Assembly: GCA_021734325.1 (NCBI GenBank)
Contig: JAIPJF010000017.1
Coordinates: 5,252-69,251 of the forward strand
DNA: 64,000 bases
From: Fidelibacterota bacterium
Lineage (GTDB): Bacteria > Fidelibacterota > UBA8477 > JABMPR01
Direction of reading: 5' to 3'
A model generated the notes under the pieces. That model was not told where the DNA came from, made no database searches, and saw only the letters and a list, made by a program, of their open reading frames with translations. The position numbers and the translations under genes are program-made. Each line of letters opens with the position of its first letter. Within the stretch, counting starts at the first letter, position 1. Shown piece by piece: positions 21,532 through 31,874 of this stretch.

Positions 21532-22467
21532 TTGAGTTTAATAAGCATAGTTGTTCCTGTCTATAATGAAGAAGAATCCATCGTCGAACTCTCTAGGCAG
21601 ATTAGAGAGACAATTGAGCCCACTGATTATGAATATGAGATCATATTCATTGATGATGGTAGTCAGGATGCTTCCTATAAAATTATGCAGGCATTGAGTC
21701 AAGATGATCCAAGAATCATATCGATTGGATTCCAAAGAAACAATGGAAAGGCTGCTGCACTCAACACAGGTTTTCAAGAATGCAACGGTGACTATGTGAT
21801 CACGATGGATGGTGATCTTCAGGACAATCCAGCTGAAATACTGGATCTGATCGCTGTTCTTGACTCTGGATGGGACATGGTCTCAGGTTGGAAAAAGGTT
21901 CGACATGATCCAATTGGAAAAAGATGGCCATCAAAATTGTACAATTTTACGGTAGCAAAATTTTCGGGAATTCCCATTCATGACTTTAACTGTGGTCTAA
22001 AGGCTTACACCAGGAAAGTCGTTAAAAATATTGAATTATATGGTGATCTTCACAGGTATATACCTGTTCTTGCGAAACAGAAAGGTTTTAGTTGCACAGA
22101 GAAGGTCGTGCAGCATCGCGCAAGAAAATTTGGACAGTCCAAATATGGATTTAAGAGGATCTCAGGATTTTTTGACCTCATTACCGTGGTATTTATTTCA
22201 AAATTTATCGAAAAGCCCCTGCATCTGTTCGGAATGGTCGGTATGAGTTCACTCATGGCCGGTGTGCTCATAGATTGTTATGTTCTCTATCTGAAATTTG
22301 TCCTTCATGCATCATTCCAGAAACATATGGCCTTACTGCTATCAGGCGTTTTACTCATCATTGTTGGTATTCAATTTATTTCCCTGGGTCTCCTCGGGGA
22401 AATGATGACAGTAAGCAGAAAACGCCCGGAACCTGTCATAAAAGATAGGACCCATGCCGAAAACTAA
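21532..22467 (+). CDS. GT2 polyprenol-phosphate glycosyltransferase (ArnC/GtrB-like)
   Basis: ISIVVPVYNEE, IDDGSQD, MDGDLQD, HRYIP and two C-terminal TMs. Confidence 0.92.
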   Translation: MSLISIVVPVYNEEESIVELSRQIRETIEPTDYEYEIIFIDDGSQDASYKIMQALSQDDPRIISIGFQRNNGKAAALNTGFQECNGDYVITMDGDLQDNPAEILDLIAVLDSGWDMVSGWKKVRHDPIGKRWPSKLYNFTVAKFSGIPIHDFNCGLKAYTRKVVKNIELYGDLHRYIPVLAKQKGFSCTEKVVQHRARKFGQSKYGFKRISGFFDLITVVFISKFIEKPLHLFGMVGMSSLMAGVLIDCYVLYLKFVLHASFQKHMALLLSGVLLIIVGIQFISLGLLGEMMTVSRKRPEPVIKDRTHAEN

Positions 22468-23608
22468 TACTGCACTACCTTTTTCCGCAATGTCAGTCTG
22501 CTATTTTGGTACATACGAAAGTCGATATCCCAGGAATCGTGTATGTATCAAAAGCCTGGAAAGTCAAGGTATTACTGTACATGAATGCCATGTTCCCCTA
22601 TGGGAGTTGCAGGAACACAAAGGAGCCGCATTTGGCTTCACACTCGGCTTCGCCATTCGCTATCTCTTCGCTCAATTAAGATTAATCATTAAATTCATCA
22701 CCCAACCCCATGCAGATATCATCATGGTAGGCTATATTGGTCAGCTTGACATATTCAGTGCCTGGCTACTGTCAAAGCTGACTGGAGCAAAATTAGTATT
22801 TAATCCCCTTGTTTCTCTTTATGACACAGTCGTTTCTGACAGAGGCTTTATGTCAGGGACATCCTTGAAGGGGAGATTTCTCAAACGTCTGGATAAAGTA
22901 GCCTGTGAACTTTCTGATCTGGTTATCCTGGACACCCAAGCGCATATCAGCTACTTCAAAGAGGAGTTGGGGATCAGAGATACAACCTTTGAACGCATAT
23001 GGGTTGGGGCTGATGAGGATATATTTAAACCAGGAAAGGGGAGTACAGATGACAGAGAATTCAAAATTTTATTCATTGGAAAATTTATCCCCCTCCATGG
23101 TTTATCCAAAATCATAGATGCCGCTAAAGCATTGGAGAATGATCCAACTATCAAATTTACATTTGTCGGTGATGGACAATTGAAGCCGGATATTCTGAAA
23201 CAGTCAGAAGAACTGAGCTTGAAGAATGCCACGTTCATTGACCACATTGAGTATCAAGAATTAGGAAAAATGATAGATGCTGCTGATCTGGTTTTGGGAA
23301 TATTTGGAGACTCAGACAAGTCTTACCGTGTGATCCCAAACAAACTTTTTCAGGCATTGGCCGTGGGGAAGCCAGTCCTTTCGTTGGATAGTCCGGCAGC
23401 CAGGGAGCTTTTGGTTGACGGAAAAACTGCCTTTTTATCTGAGGGAGAGATACAGGTTATGGTCGATCGAATTATCCAGATTAAAGAGGATAAGCCGCTC
23501 AGATTGCAGGTTGGCAGGAATGGATTGGAATTATTCAGGAAAGAATTGAACCAGGAGTGCTTGGGCAAGTTACTCGTGGAATCACTTCAGTTGGTTAAAA
23601 ATGACTGA
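22454..23608 (+). CDS. GT4-family glycosyltransferase
   Basis: YPRNRV, FIGKFIPLHGL and VIPNKLFQALAVGKP. Confidence 0.88.
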   Translation: MPKTNTALPFSAMSVCYFGTYESRYPRNRVCIKSLESQGITVHECHVPLWELQEHKGAAFGFTLGFAIRYLFAQLRLIIKFITQPHADIIMVGYIGQLDIFSAWLLSKLTGAKLVFNPLVSLYDTVVSDRGFMSGTSLKGRFLKRLDKVACELSDLVILDTQAHISYFKEELGIRDTTFERIWVGADEDIFKPGKGSTDDREFKILFIGKFIPLHGLSKIIDAAKALENDPTIKFTFVGDGQLKPDILKQSEELSLKNATFIDHIEYQELGKMIDAADLVLGIFGDSDKSYRVIPNKLFQALAVGKPVLSLDSPAARELLVDGKTAFLSEGEIQVMVDRIIQIKEDKPLRLQVGRNGLELFRKELNQECLGKLLVESLQLVKND

Positions 23609-24797
23609 ACGCAGAAAAAACATACTTCAGGGACAGGATATTATCCTTATCTCCAATCAGATGCTGGAAGATCGATATTGGACTTCGAAGCAATATATTA
23701 CCCAGGAGCTGAAGAAGCAGAATCGTGTACTCTATGTGGAAGCCAACTACTCTTTTGGAAAGTTATTCCTCGGTATTATGCAAAAAACCTGGCCCGTTGC
23801 GCCCTTTGGATCACTCAGGAATATTGAAGACAGTCTTTGGGTATTGACTCCTTTTCCCCGATTGCCCTGGAGAAATCAGTTTCGATTTTTTGGATGGCTT
23901 AATCAAGTTCTCTTGAAATACAAAATCAAGAGAGCCATACGAGTCATTAATTTTGATCGACCTGTTTTGTGGACATTTCTCCATCAAACAGCAGATATTG
24001 TATCTACTTTAAATGAAAAGGTAGCCATTTATCATTGTGTTGACGACTGGCCTGCGCTCCTGCCCATGGCAAAGATGGGGAATCCAAAGACAATTATTGC
24101 TGACGAAGATCACTTAATTCGGAAAGTTGACATCGTTTTTCGGGTATCAGAGAAACTGCTCTCAGATCGCAGCGTGGAGAACACACCGCTCGTTGAGATA
24201 CCCAACGGTGTTGACTTTGAGCGCTTCAACGCTGCCCTGCATGAAGAGGTAAACGTCCCATCAGATTTAAAGGACCTCTCAAGACCAATCATTGGTTTTT
24301 CAGGATCCATCGGACCCTGGATAGACATCGATCTGATCAGAAAAGTGGCGCAAAAAAATCCCGAAGCAAGTGTTGTTCTCATTGGCCTGAACGAAAAAAA
24401 TTCCAGGCTTAAGAGCCTGTTGGAAGAAAAAAATATTCATTTTCTTGGTATGAAGCAACGAACTGAAGTCCCCAACTACCTGGCAAATTTCGATGTTTGT
24501 CTCATGCCCTTTGACAAGGGGCAGGTGGGTGAAGGGCTTTTACCATTAAAAATGTTTGAATATTTAGCTGTTGGCAAGCCGATCGTTGCGATATCTTCTA
24601 AAACGATGCATGATTTCATCAATGTATTGTTTTTAGCGGAGGATGATGATTCATTTCTGGCAAAAATGGATGAAGCAATTCAATCTGCAGGGAAAAGTGA
24701 ATTAATAGAGGCCAGAATAAGGGTTGCTCAGGATTACAGCTGGGAGAAGCGAGTACAGCAATACGGGCTTCAAATTGATACGTATTTACATGCCTGA
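23601..24797 (+). CDS. GT-B glycosyltransferase (TuaH-like)
   Basis: YHCVDDW, IPNGVDF and PLKMFEYLAVGKP. Confidence 0.88.
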   Translation: MTERRKNILQGQDIILISNQMLEDRYWTSKQYITQELKKQNRVLYVEANYSFGKLFLGIMQKTWPVAPFGSLRNIEDSLWVLTPFPRLPWRNQFRFFGWLNQVLLKYKIKRAIRVINFDRPVLWTFLHQTADIVSTLNEKVAIYHCVDDWPALLPMAKMGNPKTIIADEDHLIRKVDIVFRVSEKLLSDRSVENTPLVEIPNGVDFERFNAALHEEVNVPSDLKDLSRPIIGFSGSIGPWIDIDLIRKVAQKNPEASVVLIGLNEKNSRLKSLLEEKNIHFLGMKQRTEVPNYLANFDVCLMPFDKGQVGEGLLPLKMFEYLAVGKPIVAISSKTMHDFINVLFLAEDDDSFLAKMDEAIQSAGKSELIEARIRVAQDYSWEKRVQQYGLQIDTYLHA

Positions 24798-24824
24798 CCA
24801 AAAAATATGGATATGGAGTGGTGA

Positions 24825-27218
24825 ATGGAAAGCTCAATGAAAACGTGGCAGATATGGACGCTTATGGTCGTGCTGTTATTCACTGCGATCATATTTCTAT
24901 ATCAGGAACCAGTTATAAAGGGTGAAAAACTTTCAATCGCAGATGTAAAATCTCAAGGGATCATTTTCGAAAAGAATCGGACTGAATATAAGGCTGAATT
25001 TGGCGAAAATCCTCAATGGTATCCTTACATATTCGGCGGGATGCCCTTCCAGGCATCAGGAACATACCGTTTGCAGTATACCCTGGAGACGCTGTATAAA
25101 ATAATTCCACAATCTCTCCGGAACCGATTAGCGGTTGGATTTACATTTAATATTCTGGCTGGTGGCATATTCATGTTACTGCTCTTACGATCGTATGGAT
25201 TAAGCTATGTCGCTGCCTTTACAGGATCCATGGCCTTCATATTTTCGACCAAAGTGCTGGGCACCCCACACACAAATCGTATTGTCACCTTTATTCATCT
25301 TCCCCTGATTCTGTATGCGTTGCGAATGGCGGTAAAATCTCGGAAGTGGGTATATTTTGTGCTCCTTGGAGGTGCAGTTGGCTCTCAGATCGGGAGCTAT
25401 CATCCACAGGTGGCCTTCTATGGTTTAATGCTTATTGGATTGTACACACTCTACCGATTTGGTTGGAGCATCAAGGAAAAAGAGTCCTGGTCAAGCATCG
25501 GGCAATTTGCAGGCATGTGGGCTATCTCCTTAGGGGTGGGCTATTTAATGGCCTCTGTTGTTCTATTGCCGATGCAGGAATATCTACCTTACTCAATTCG
25601 TGGTGCCGGAGATGGTACGGGCGGGGGCAGTGCTGGATTGTCATTTGGGTATGCAACAAGCTGGTCGTTTAGCTGGGATGAATTATTTACTTTTATTATC
25701 CCCTCGTTCAGCGGACACAGTGGGAATACCTATTGGGGTGATTCTCCTTTTACATCTTATCCTCATTATCTGGGTGTTGTCACTGTCATCCTGGCCATCG
25801 CCGGTTTTGCATGGGGACGGAAGCGGAAGGACTTCTGGTTCTTTGTCGGACTCATCGTGATAACCCTTTTAATCGCAATGGGTCGAAATTTTGCTCCATT
25901 ATCCAAATTCCTCCTCGCCTATTTGCCATACTTCAACAAATTCAGGGAACCATCCATGATTTTGATCCTGACCATCATGGGAATCGCAGTTGTGGCAGGA
26001 TGGGGAATGGAAGCAATTCTGGAAAGAGTCAAATTGGATGCCACTGAAAAGACTGTAGCTCTCTTGCAGAAGTTGCTCATTGGAACAGGTGCAGTATTAT
26101 TGTTGGCAATTCTTTTTAAAAACGACCTCGCAGCATTCATGGATGGAGTATACAGGAACGCTGATCTGGCAAGAGATCGTATGGGTCAATATAGTTCGAC
26201 GGCACAGGCACAGGCATTTTATAGAATTCGGTTTGGAATGTTCCATCGTGATTTGATGCTGGCGTGTATCTGGACGATCGCCTCATTAACCTTGTTGTGG
26301 GCGGCTTTTGACAAGCGCCTATCCGTAAAAACAATGGCTATTACAATTCCTTTACTTTTATTCACGGATCTGGTAATTCAGGGAAGAATGGTGATACCTG
26401 AAATGTTTGAAAGATCTTCTCTTTCGGAAAGAGTCCCTAGAGAAACGAATGCGATCAAATTCCTGAAATCAGATCATGAACTATACCGTGTATTTCCACT
26501 GAACCTTATCACGACCAATGAATACGCCTATTTTGATATTTCTTCAATTGGTGGCTACCATGCGGCAAAAATGTCAAAATACCAGGAAATCATTGATGCC
26601 CGGCTATTCAATAGCTTTAATTTCTTACGCACTGCGAATACCAAGTATTTTATCAGCCGTCAGCAGATAAATCATCCGTCCTTGATTGAAAGTTTTACAG
26701 ATGATCAGAATTTCATTTATCGATTTAATGACTTTTTACCGAGAGCTTATGCTGTCGGTGAATATGTCCTAGCTGATACAAAGGAAAAAACCTTCGAGAT
26801 ATTGCAGTCTGACAGCTTCGATGTGGGAAAGACTGTCATATTGCACGAACTGATCCCAGATATGGAAAAGGGTAATGGTGGTACAGCCAAAATCACGTCC
26901 TGGCAACCTCAGCGATACGAAATTGAAGTTTCCATGGAAGGTCCAGGTTTTCTCTGTTTAAGTGAGGCCTGGTACCCGCCAGGTTGGAGTGCAACCGTAG
27001 ATGGGTCAGATGTGGATATTTTGCGGGCCAATCATACTTTTCAAGCGGTTCCACTAAGCTCAGGCCAACATTTGGTTGTTTTTTCCTTTGAGTCAAAAAA
27101 ATTCGCAGCGGGAGTCGCATTGAGCAGAAGTATATTTGGTCTTATAATTCTCCTCTTGCTTGGGAATGCTCTATATCAAAATAAAGCCCAAATATTGAAT
27201 AAATTCAGGAAACCTTAA
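24825..27218 (+). CDS. YfhO-family GT-C membrane glycosyltransferase
   Basis: WYPYIFGGMPF, many TMs, YWGDSPF, SIGGYHAAK, LSEAWYPPGWSATVDG and ILRANHTF. Confidence 0.88.
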   Translation: MESSMKTWQIWTLMVVLLFTAIIFLYQEPVIKGEKLSIADVKSQGIIFEKNRTEYKAEFGENPQWYPYIFGGMPFQASGTYRLQYTLETLYKIIPQSLRNRLAVGFTFNILAGGIFMLLLLRSYGLSYVAAFTGSMAFIFSTKVLGTPHTNRIVTFIHLPLILYALRMAVKSRKWVYFVLLGGAVGSQIGSYHPQVAFYGLMLIGLYTLYRFGWSIKEKESWSSIGQFAGMWAISLGVGYLMASVVLLPMQEYLPYSIRGAGDGTGGGSAGLSFGYATSWSFSWDELFTFIIPSFSGHSGNTYWGDSPFTSYPHYLGVVTVILAIAGFAWGRKRKDFWFFVGLIVITLLIAMGRNFAPLSKFLLAYLPYFNKFREPSMILILTIMGIAVVAGWGMEAILERVKLDATEKTVALLQKLLIGTGAVLLLAILFKNDLAAFMDGVYRNADLARDRMGQYSSTAQAQAFYRIRFGMFHRDLMLACIWTIASLTLLWAAFDKRLSVKTMAITIPLLLFTDLVIQGRMVIPEMFERSSLSERVPRETNAIKFLKSDHELYRVFPLNLITTNEYAYFDISSIGGYHAAKMSKYQEIIDARLFNSFNFLRTANTKYFISRQQINHPSLIESFTDDQNFIYRFNDFLPRAYAVGEYVLADTKEKTFEILQSDSFDVGKTVILHELIPDMEKGNGGTAKITSWQPQRYEIEVSMEGPGFLCLSEAWYPPGWSATVDGSDVDILRANHTFQAVPLSSGQHLVVFSFESKKFAAGVALSRSIFGLIILLLLGNALYQNKAQILNKFRKP

Positions 27219-28354
27219 TGCACCTTGCTCTTTGCACACAGCAATTTGGCAATTATTGGTCAGGACTCGGGACTTACTCGACGCTCTTAGCCAGAGGACT
27301 TGCAAAGAGAGGCATTAAGCTTACTATCATCTCCCCAGGGGATCCTCTGGCGGACCTGGATGCCAATTATATAAAGATAAGACCATCGTCTTGGGACCCA
27401 ACCCACGGTGGCTGGTTCAGCCTAGCCCGCGCATACCGGAAACAATTGCGCAGTATTGATGCTGATATAGTCCATTTTACCGATGCGCGAGAAGCTCTGG
27501 GATATTCTGGGAAGATTCCTGCACTGGGTACACTTCATGATGATTATTTCGCTCGGCACCACTGGGTACCCTGGTATTATCGTAAGGATTATGTGGATTG
27601 GGTGAAGCGGTACTTGTATTACTCCTTTGTTAGTTGTGCTGAGCGGCGAGCACTAAGAAATTTGAATATGCTCATTGCCAACTCTGAGTCCACTGCCCAT
27701 ACTATTTCCAATCGCTATGTCATTGATCATGAAAGGATTCAAACGATATACATTCAGCCAGTATTGAAGGCAGCTTCAAATTCAGGTACCACAGTATCCG
27801 ATGATTCTCCAAAGACCCTTCTGTTTGTTGGAGGGAATATCCAAAGGAAGGGGCTGCCAAACGTTTTGAGAGCCATGGCCATGATGAAGGCAAGGAATCC
27901 AAAATTAATATTGAGAGTGCTGGGAAAGAATCAGAATATTGAAAAAATGCGAGAGCTAGCCAGTAGGCTGGGACTAAAAGAGCAGGTGAGGTTTGACGGT
28001 TGGGTGCATCCCAGTGAAATGACAAATTATTATCAAAAATCCTCTATCTTCATTATGCCGTCGCTTATGGAGGGCTACGGTCTTGTCTTTCTTGAAGCAA
28101 TGTCCAATGGAGTGCCAGTCATAGGAGGAAATGTTGGAGGTAGCCGGGAACTGATCCAAGATGGAAAAAATGGATTACTGGTGGATCCCCTTGACGTGAA
28201 TGATATTGCCGGATCGATCGAAACCTTACTAACCGATGATGAGCTTCGGAATCAATTGATATCAGGGGGGCAGGAAACAATCTCCAATCTGGACCCAGAT
28301 GCCATGATTGATGCCACAATGGATCTTTATAACAGACTTCTGGTGAGAAGTTAG
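27218..28354 (+). CDS. GT4-family glycosyltransferase
   Basis: RKGLPN and MPSLMEGYGLVFLEAM (ExxxxxxxE) motifs. Confidence 0.92.
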   Translation: MHLALCTQQFGNYWSGLGTYSTLLARGLAKRGIKLTIISPGDPLADLDANYIKIRPSSWDPTHGGWFSLARAYRKQLRSIDADIVHFTDAREALGYSGKIPALGTLHDDYFARHHWVPWYYRKDYVDWVKRYLYYSFVSCAERRALRNLNMLIANSESTAHTISNRYVIDHERIQTIYIQPVLKAASNSGTTVSDDSPKTLLFVGGNIQRKGLPNVLRAMAMMKARNPKLILRVLGKNQNIEKMRELASRLGLKEQVRFDGWVHPSEMTNYYQKSSIFIMPSLMEGYGLVFLEAMSNGVPVIGGNVGGSRELIQDGKNGLLVDPLDVNDIAGSIETLLTDDELRNQLISGGQETISNLDPDAMIDATMDLYNRLLVRS

Positions 28355-28387
28355 CTTTCATACCACGAGACCCTGCATTGAGAATAT

Positions 28388-29536
28388 ATGAATAAAATTG
28401 ATTTTAGCGATTACCACTCGCTTTTAACAGGTGCTTTCGAGCCAGAATCACACCCGGACTATGTCCCAGATTACACATTCAATCCGATGCAAAGGAGTGG
28501 GGAACTGACCAAGCCTCTTATCGATATGAAATGGGTGTCAGACGGTGGGAAAAAGCCGGCATGGCCTGGTGGAAAAGAATTCGCGGTCTGTCTGACACAT
28601 GATGTGGATGCTGTTTCAATTCGAGACGCAGTTCAAAATTTTAAAAGTATTGGGAATATGCTTGGTAATCTTAGGGCATTTCCATTTTCCTTCGTTGCCA
28701 GAAAAATCCCTGCCCGAACGATCCATAGTATAATGGGATGGATCAGGGGGAAAGACGATCTCTGTCAATTTGAGAAATGGATGGAGTTTGAGGATTCATT
28801 AGGTGCACGATCAACATTTTTCTTTGCCCCTGGTAAAGTAGGGAAGGCGCATATCACAGACTGCATTTACACATTGGATCAAAAGGTTCACTTCCAGGGA
28901 AAGAGTCAGGTCATAGCTGATATGCTTCGAATTATGAGCAAGGGGGGGTGGGAAATAGGGCTTCATCCTTCCTGGAGGAGCCATGATGACATTCTGGAGC
29001 TGACAGATCAGAAGGCGCAGCTTGAAATAGCGCTTGGCCATCCAGTTGCAAGCGTTCGTCAGCATTATTTAAAGTATGATGTAAAAAAAACGCATGTTGC
29101 TCAGGATAAAGCCGGATTCAAGTATGACAGCACAATGGGCTACAACAATTATGTTGGTTTTCGCCGGGGAACATCCTATCCATTCCAGTTGACAGATGGT
29201 GGCAGTGGAAAACGTCTCGATCTCCTTGAGATCCCTCTTTCAATTCAGGACGGAGCCTTGATATTTCCGAAGAAAGGGATGCAGCTGGATGTAAATTCAG
29301 CTCTGGATTATATAAAATCAATTACCAAAGAAGTCCAGGGGACAGGTGGTGTATTGAACCTGTTGTGGCATCCAAACCGATATCAAGAAATGGCTTTTTG
29401 GCAGCTTTATCAACTGACCTTGAATTATCTCAGAGAGTTGGATCCATGGTTCACTACAGTTAAAGAGATAGGTGATCACTGGACTGGTATGGGAATAGAT
29501 TTGCTCGATTACACTCAAAGCCTTGAATCCCAATAG
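28388..29536 (+). CDS. polysaccharide deacetylase-family (CE4-like) protein
   Basis: WPGGKEFAVCLTHDVD, EIGLH, RQHYL, YDSTMG and LLWHP. Confidence 0.85.
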   Translation: MNKIDFSDYHSLLTGAFEPESHPDYVPDYTFNPMQRSGELTKPLIDMKWVSDGGKKPAWPGGKEFAVCLTHDVDAVSIRDAVQNFKSIGNMLGNLRAFPFSFVARKIPARTIHSIMGWIRGKDDLCQFEKWMEFEDSLGARSTFFFAPGKVGKAHITDCIYTLDQKVHFQGKSQVIADMLRIMSKGGWEIGLHPSWRSHDDILELTDQKAQLEIALGHPVASVRQHYLKYDVKKTHVAQDKAGFKYDSTMGYNNYVGFRRGTSYPFQLTDGGSGKRLDLLEIPLSIQDGALIFPKKGMQLDVNSALDYIKSITKEVQGTGGVLNLLWHPNRYQEMAFWQLYQLTLNYLRELDPWFTTVKEIGDHWTGMGIDLLDYTQSLESQ

Positions 29537-29560
29537 ATAATTGATACCTGGAATTAATCA

Positions 29561-30892
29561 GTGAAAGCACAAAAAACGGAAACCGGCTCTACAACCTTTT
29601 TCCAGCGCTTGATGACCTCAGGCAGTTTTGCATCAAATGTCGCTACGCTAAGCCTTGGGACCTCCATTGGACAATTAAGCATTATACTTTCAGCGCCTTT
29701 GCTGGCAAGACTGTTCACTGCAAAGGATTTTGGTGAATTGCAGTATATTCTTTCAATTGCCTTGATACTTGGGGGTGTTTCAACTTTACGCTATGAGATG
29801 GCCCTACCATTGGTGAACAGTCACCGGAATGCTGTTAACCTCCTCGTCCTGGCTCTAGGACTGGCGTTCATTACGGCTCTCTGTATCAGCCTATTATTCT
29901 ACCTTGACCTTCATGTAATGAAACAATTCTTTAAATCTATCACTGAGCATAAGCTACTATTTTTTATTCCGATAATTCTTCTTCTGGAAGCAGCCAACAG
30001 CACTTTCAGTTATTGGTTTACTGGAGTGAAAAATTTTAAAGTGCCATCTGTAGCCAGATCCATTTTTGGGATTGGCTCATCTACTATGCAACTCTCAATC
30101 GCATTTATGGGACTCATTAATGGGTTTGGTCTGCTCATTGGATATGTGCTGGGACAATTCTCGAGTGTGGTCTGGTATGTCTATAAGTTTTTCCGATCGG
30201 GCAAGGGTATCGCACCAGGGATCGTGAGTATTTCCGCAATTAAGGAACAGGCCCGGTTGCATATAAATTTCCCTTTATATTCCAGTTGGAATATGCTACT
30301 GAACACGGTTGCCAGAAATCTTCCACCGATCCTTCTCGTAAGCTACTTTTCGGTAGCAGAGGCAGGTTATTTCGCCATTGGAATCCGCTTGCTCAATATT
30401 CCATTAAATACCCTGGGAACGGCCGTAAGTCAGGTGTATTACCAGCAGATTGCAAATTATAGAGAAATCGGAAAACCGATGATGCCCCTGCTGATCTCAA
30501 CAGTAGTTAAATTGTCAGTAATCATAGTTATTCCGCTTTGCTTGATCTTCTTATGGGGAGAACAATTATTTGGATTGGTATTTGGCGAATCATGGGTTAT
30601 CGCCGGCCGCCTGGCCTCCATAATGGTACCCTATTATTTTATGCGTTTCATTTCCAGTCCCATAAGTACTGTTTTCGCTGTCATGGGAAAGCAATACTTA
30701 AGCTTGATTTGGCAGGCATTCTATACACTGGGAACATTTGCAAGTTTTTATTTGACACGAAATTCCATGGATTTTAGTCGAACGATTCAAATCTACAGCC
30801 TGACAGGGGCTAGCTTATTTTTTATTTTATTCTTGATGATCGTAACGCTTACTGGAAAAGCTGATAAGAACCTGCATCTTGATTTAGGCTAA
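29561..30892 (+). CDS. Wzx-type oligosaccharide flippase
   Basis: LARLFTAKDFG and TLRYEMAL; about 12 TMs; glycan-locus context. Confidence 0.88.
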   Translation: MKAQKTETGSTTFFQRLMTSGSFASNVATLSLGTSIGQLSIILSAPLLARLFTAKDFGELQYILSIALILGGVSTLRYEMALPLVNSHRNAVNLLVLALGLAFITALCISLLFYLDLHVMKQFFKSITEHKLLFFIPIILLLEAANSTFSYWFTGVKNFKVPSVARSIFGIGSSTMQLSIAFMGLINGFGLLIGYVLGQFSSVVWYVYKFFRSGKGIAPGIVSISAIKEQARLHINFPLYSSWNMLLNTVARNLPPILLVSYFSVAEAGYFAIGIRLLNIPLNTLGTAVSQVYYQQIANYREIGKPMMPLLISTVVKLSVIIVIPLCLIFLWGEQLFGLVFGESWVIAGRLASIMVPYYFMRFISSPISTVFAVMGKQYLSLIWQAFYTLGTFASFYLTRNSMDFSRTIQIYSLTGASLFFILFLMIVTLTGKADKNLHLDLG

Positions 30893-31002
30893 AATTTTGA
30901 AATATTTTAATATCAAGTGAAAGAGAATTATATGTCACAGAATTTATCGGATGGATTTTTTAAGCGCTGGGAGAACCACGTCCGGGACATGCCTTTAGTC
31001 TT

Positions 31003-31617
31003 GTGGACGCCTATCGATTTAATTTGTGTTATCACCAGGTTGGAGAGGGGAGCATTCTTGATGTAGGGGCTTATCTGGGAGATTTTTTAAAACTTGCCCA
31101 AAATGATAAACGCGAAATATTTGGTACTGAGATAAATGAGAAACGAGTGAATTTGGTAAATTCAGTCCTGGAAGCCGATGTCGTAAAATTGGATTTCAGA
31201 AACGGTAATCTATGTCAGTTCGAAGACAGTAGTGTCGATAATGTTGTTTGCATGGAGACGGTAGAGCATGTCATTGACGATCGTCATGCAATATCAGAGT
31301 TATGCAGGGTGGCTCGTAAAAGAGTCATCATCACTGTACCATTTCGTGAAAATTTACAGCAGGTACTGTGCATGCATTGTGATCAATATACCCCCCATTT
31401 CGGCCACCAACATTCTTATGATAGGGGATCCTTTCTTAATCTTATTCCCAGCACCTGGAAGGTTAATCTCGAAAAATCTTTCGCAAAACGATTGACTCGT
31501 ATTGCAGCACAATTAATTCCCGAATCTAGAATGATGGTTCCAGTTTTGAGGGTTTTAGATAACATTATTCCGGGAGACGGTAAATGGGTTCTCATTGTAC
31601 TCGAAAAGAAAGATTGA
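31003..31617 (+). CDS. class I SAM-dependent methyltransferase (5' end possibly frameshifted)
   Basis: ILDVGAYLG, VVCMETVEHV, ELCRVA, IITVP and a CxxC motif. Confidence 0.85.
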   Translation: MDAYRFNLCYHQVGEGSILDVGAYLGDFLKLAQNDKREIFGTEINEKRVNLVNSVLEADVVKLDFRNGNLCQFEDSSVDNVVCMETVEHVIDDRHAISELCRVARKRVIITVPFRENLQQVLCMHCDQYTPHFGHQHSYDRGSFLNLIPSTWKVNLEKSFAKRLTRIAAQLIPESRMMVPVLRVLDNIIPGDGKWVLIVLEKKD

Positions 31618-31874
31618 CCCCTTGCTCGTAGCTTCGATATTTCATGGATTCGCTTTTGATAGGAATAGACAAAACACTATATTGCCCTCGATCTAGTTCT
31701 TCTCAATGCCGTGATGAACCTGAGGGGAACAAGGGGATAAACATTTTGAGAATTCAATAATTCCAGGAGAGAGTAATAAATATCTGGATTGAAACATTAC
31801 TCTGATCAGGACTGCGAAAAATCTGTTTCAAGAATTGTTATCGGGAGAATTTAATAATAAAGGCAGGAATCATT

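Noticed and set aside
31618-31874. 257-bp gap inside the glycan locus as a possible gene remnant or ncRNA
   Set aside because: Plus-strand translations give only short, uninformative peptides, and I found no convincing helices or repeats. It is probably a promoter region or recombination scar.
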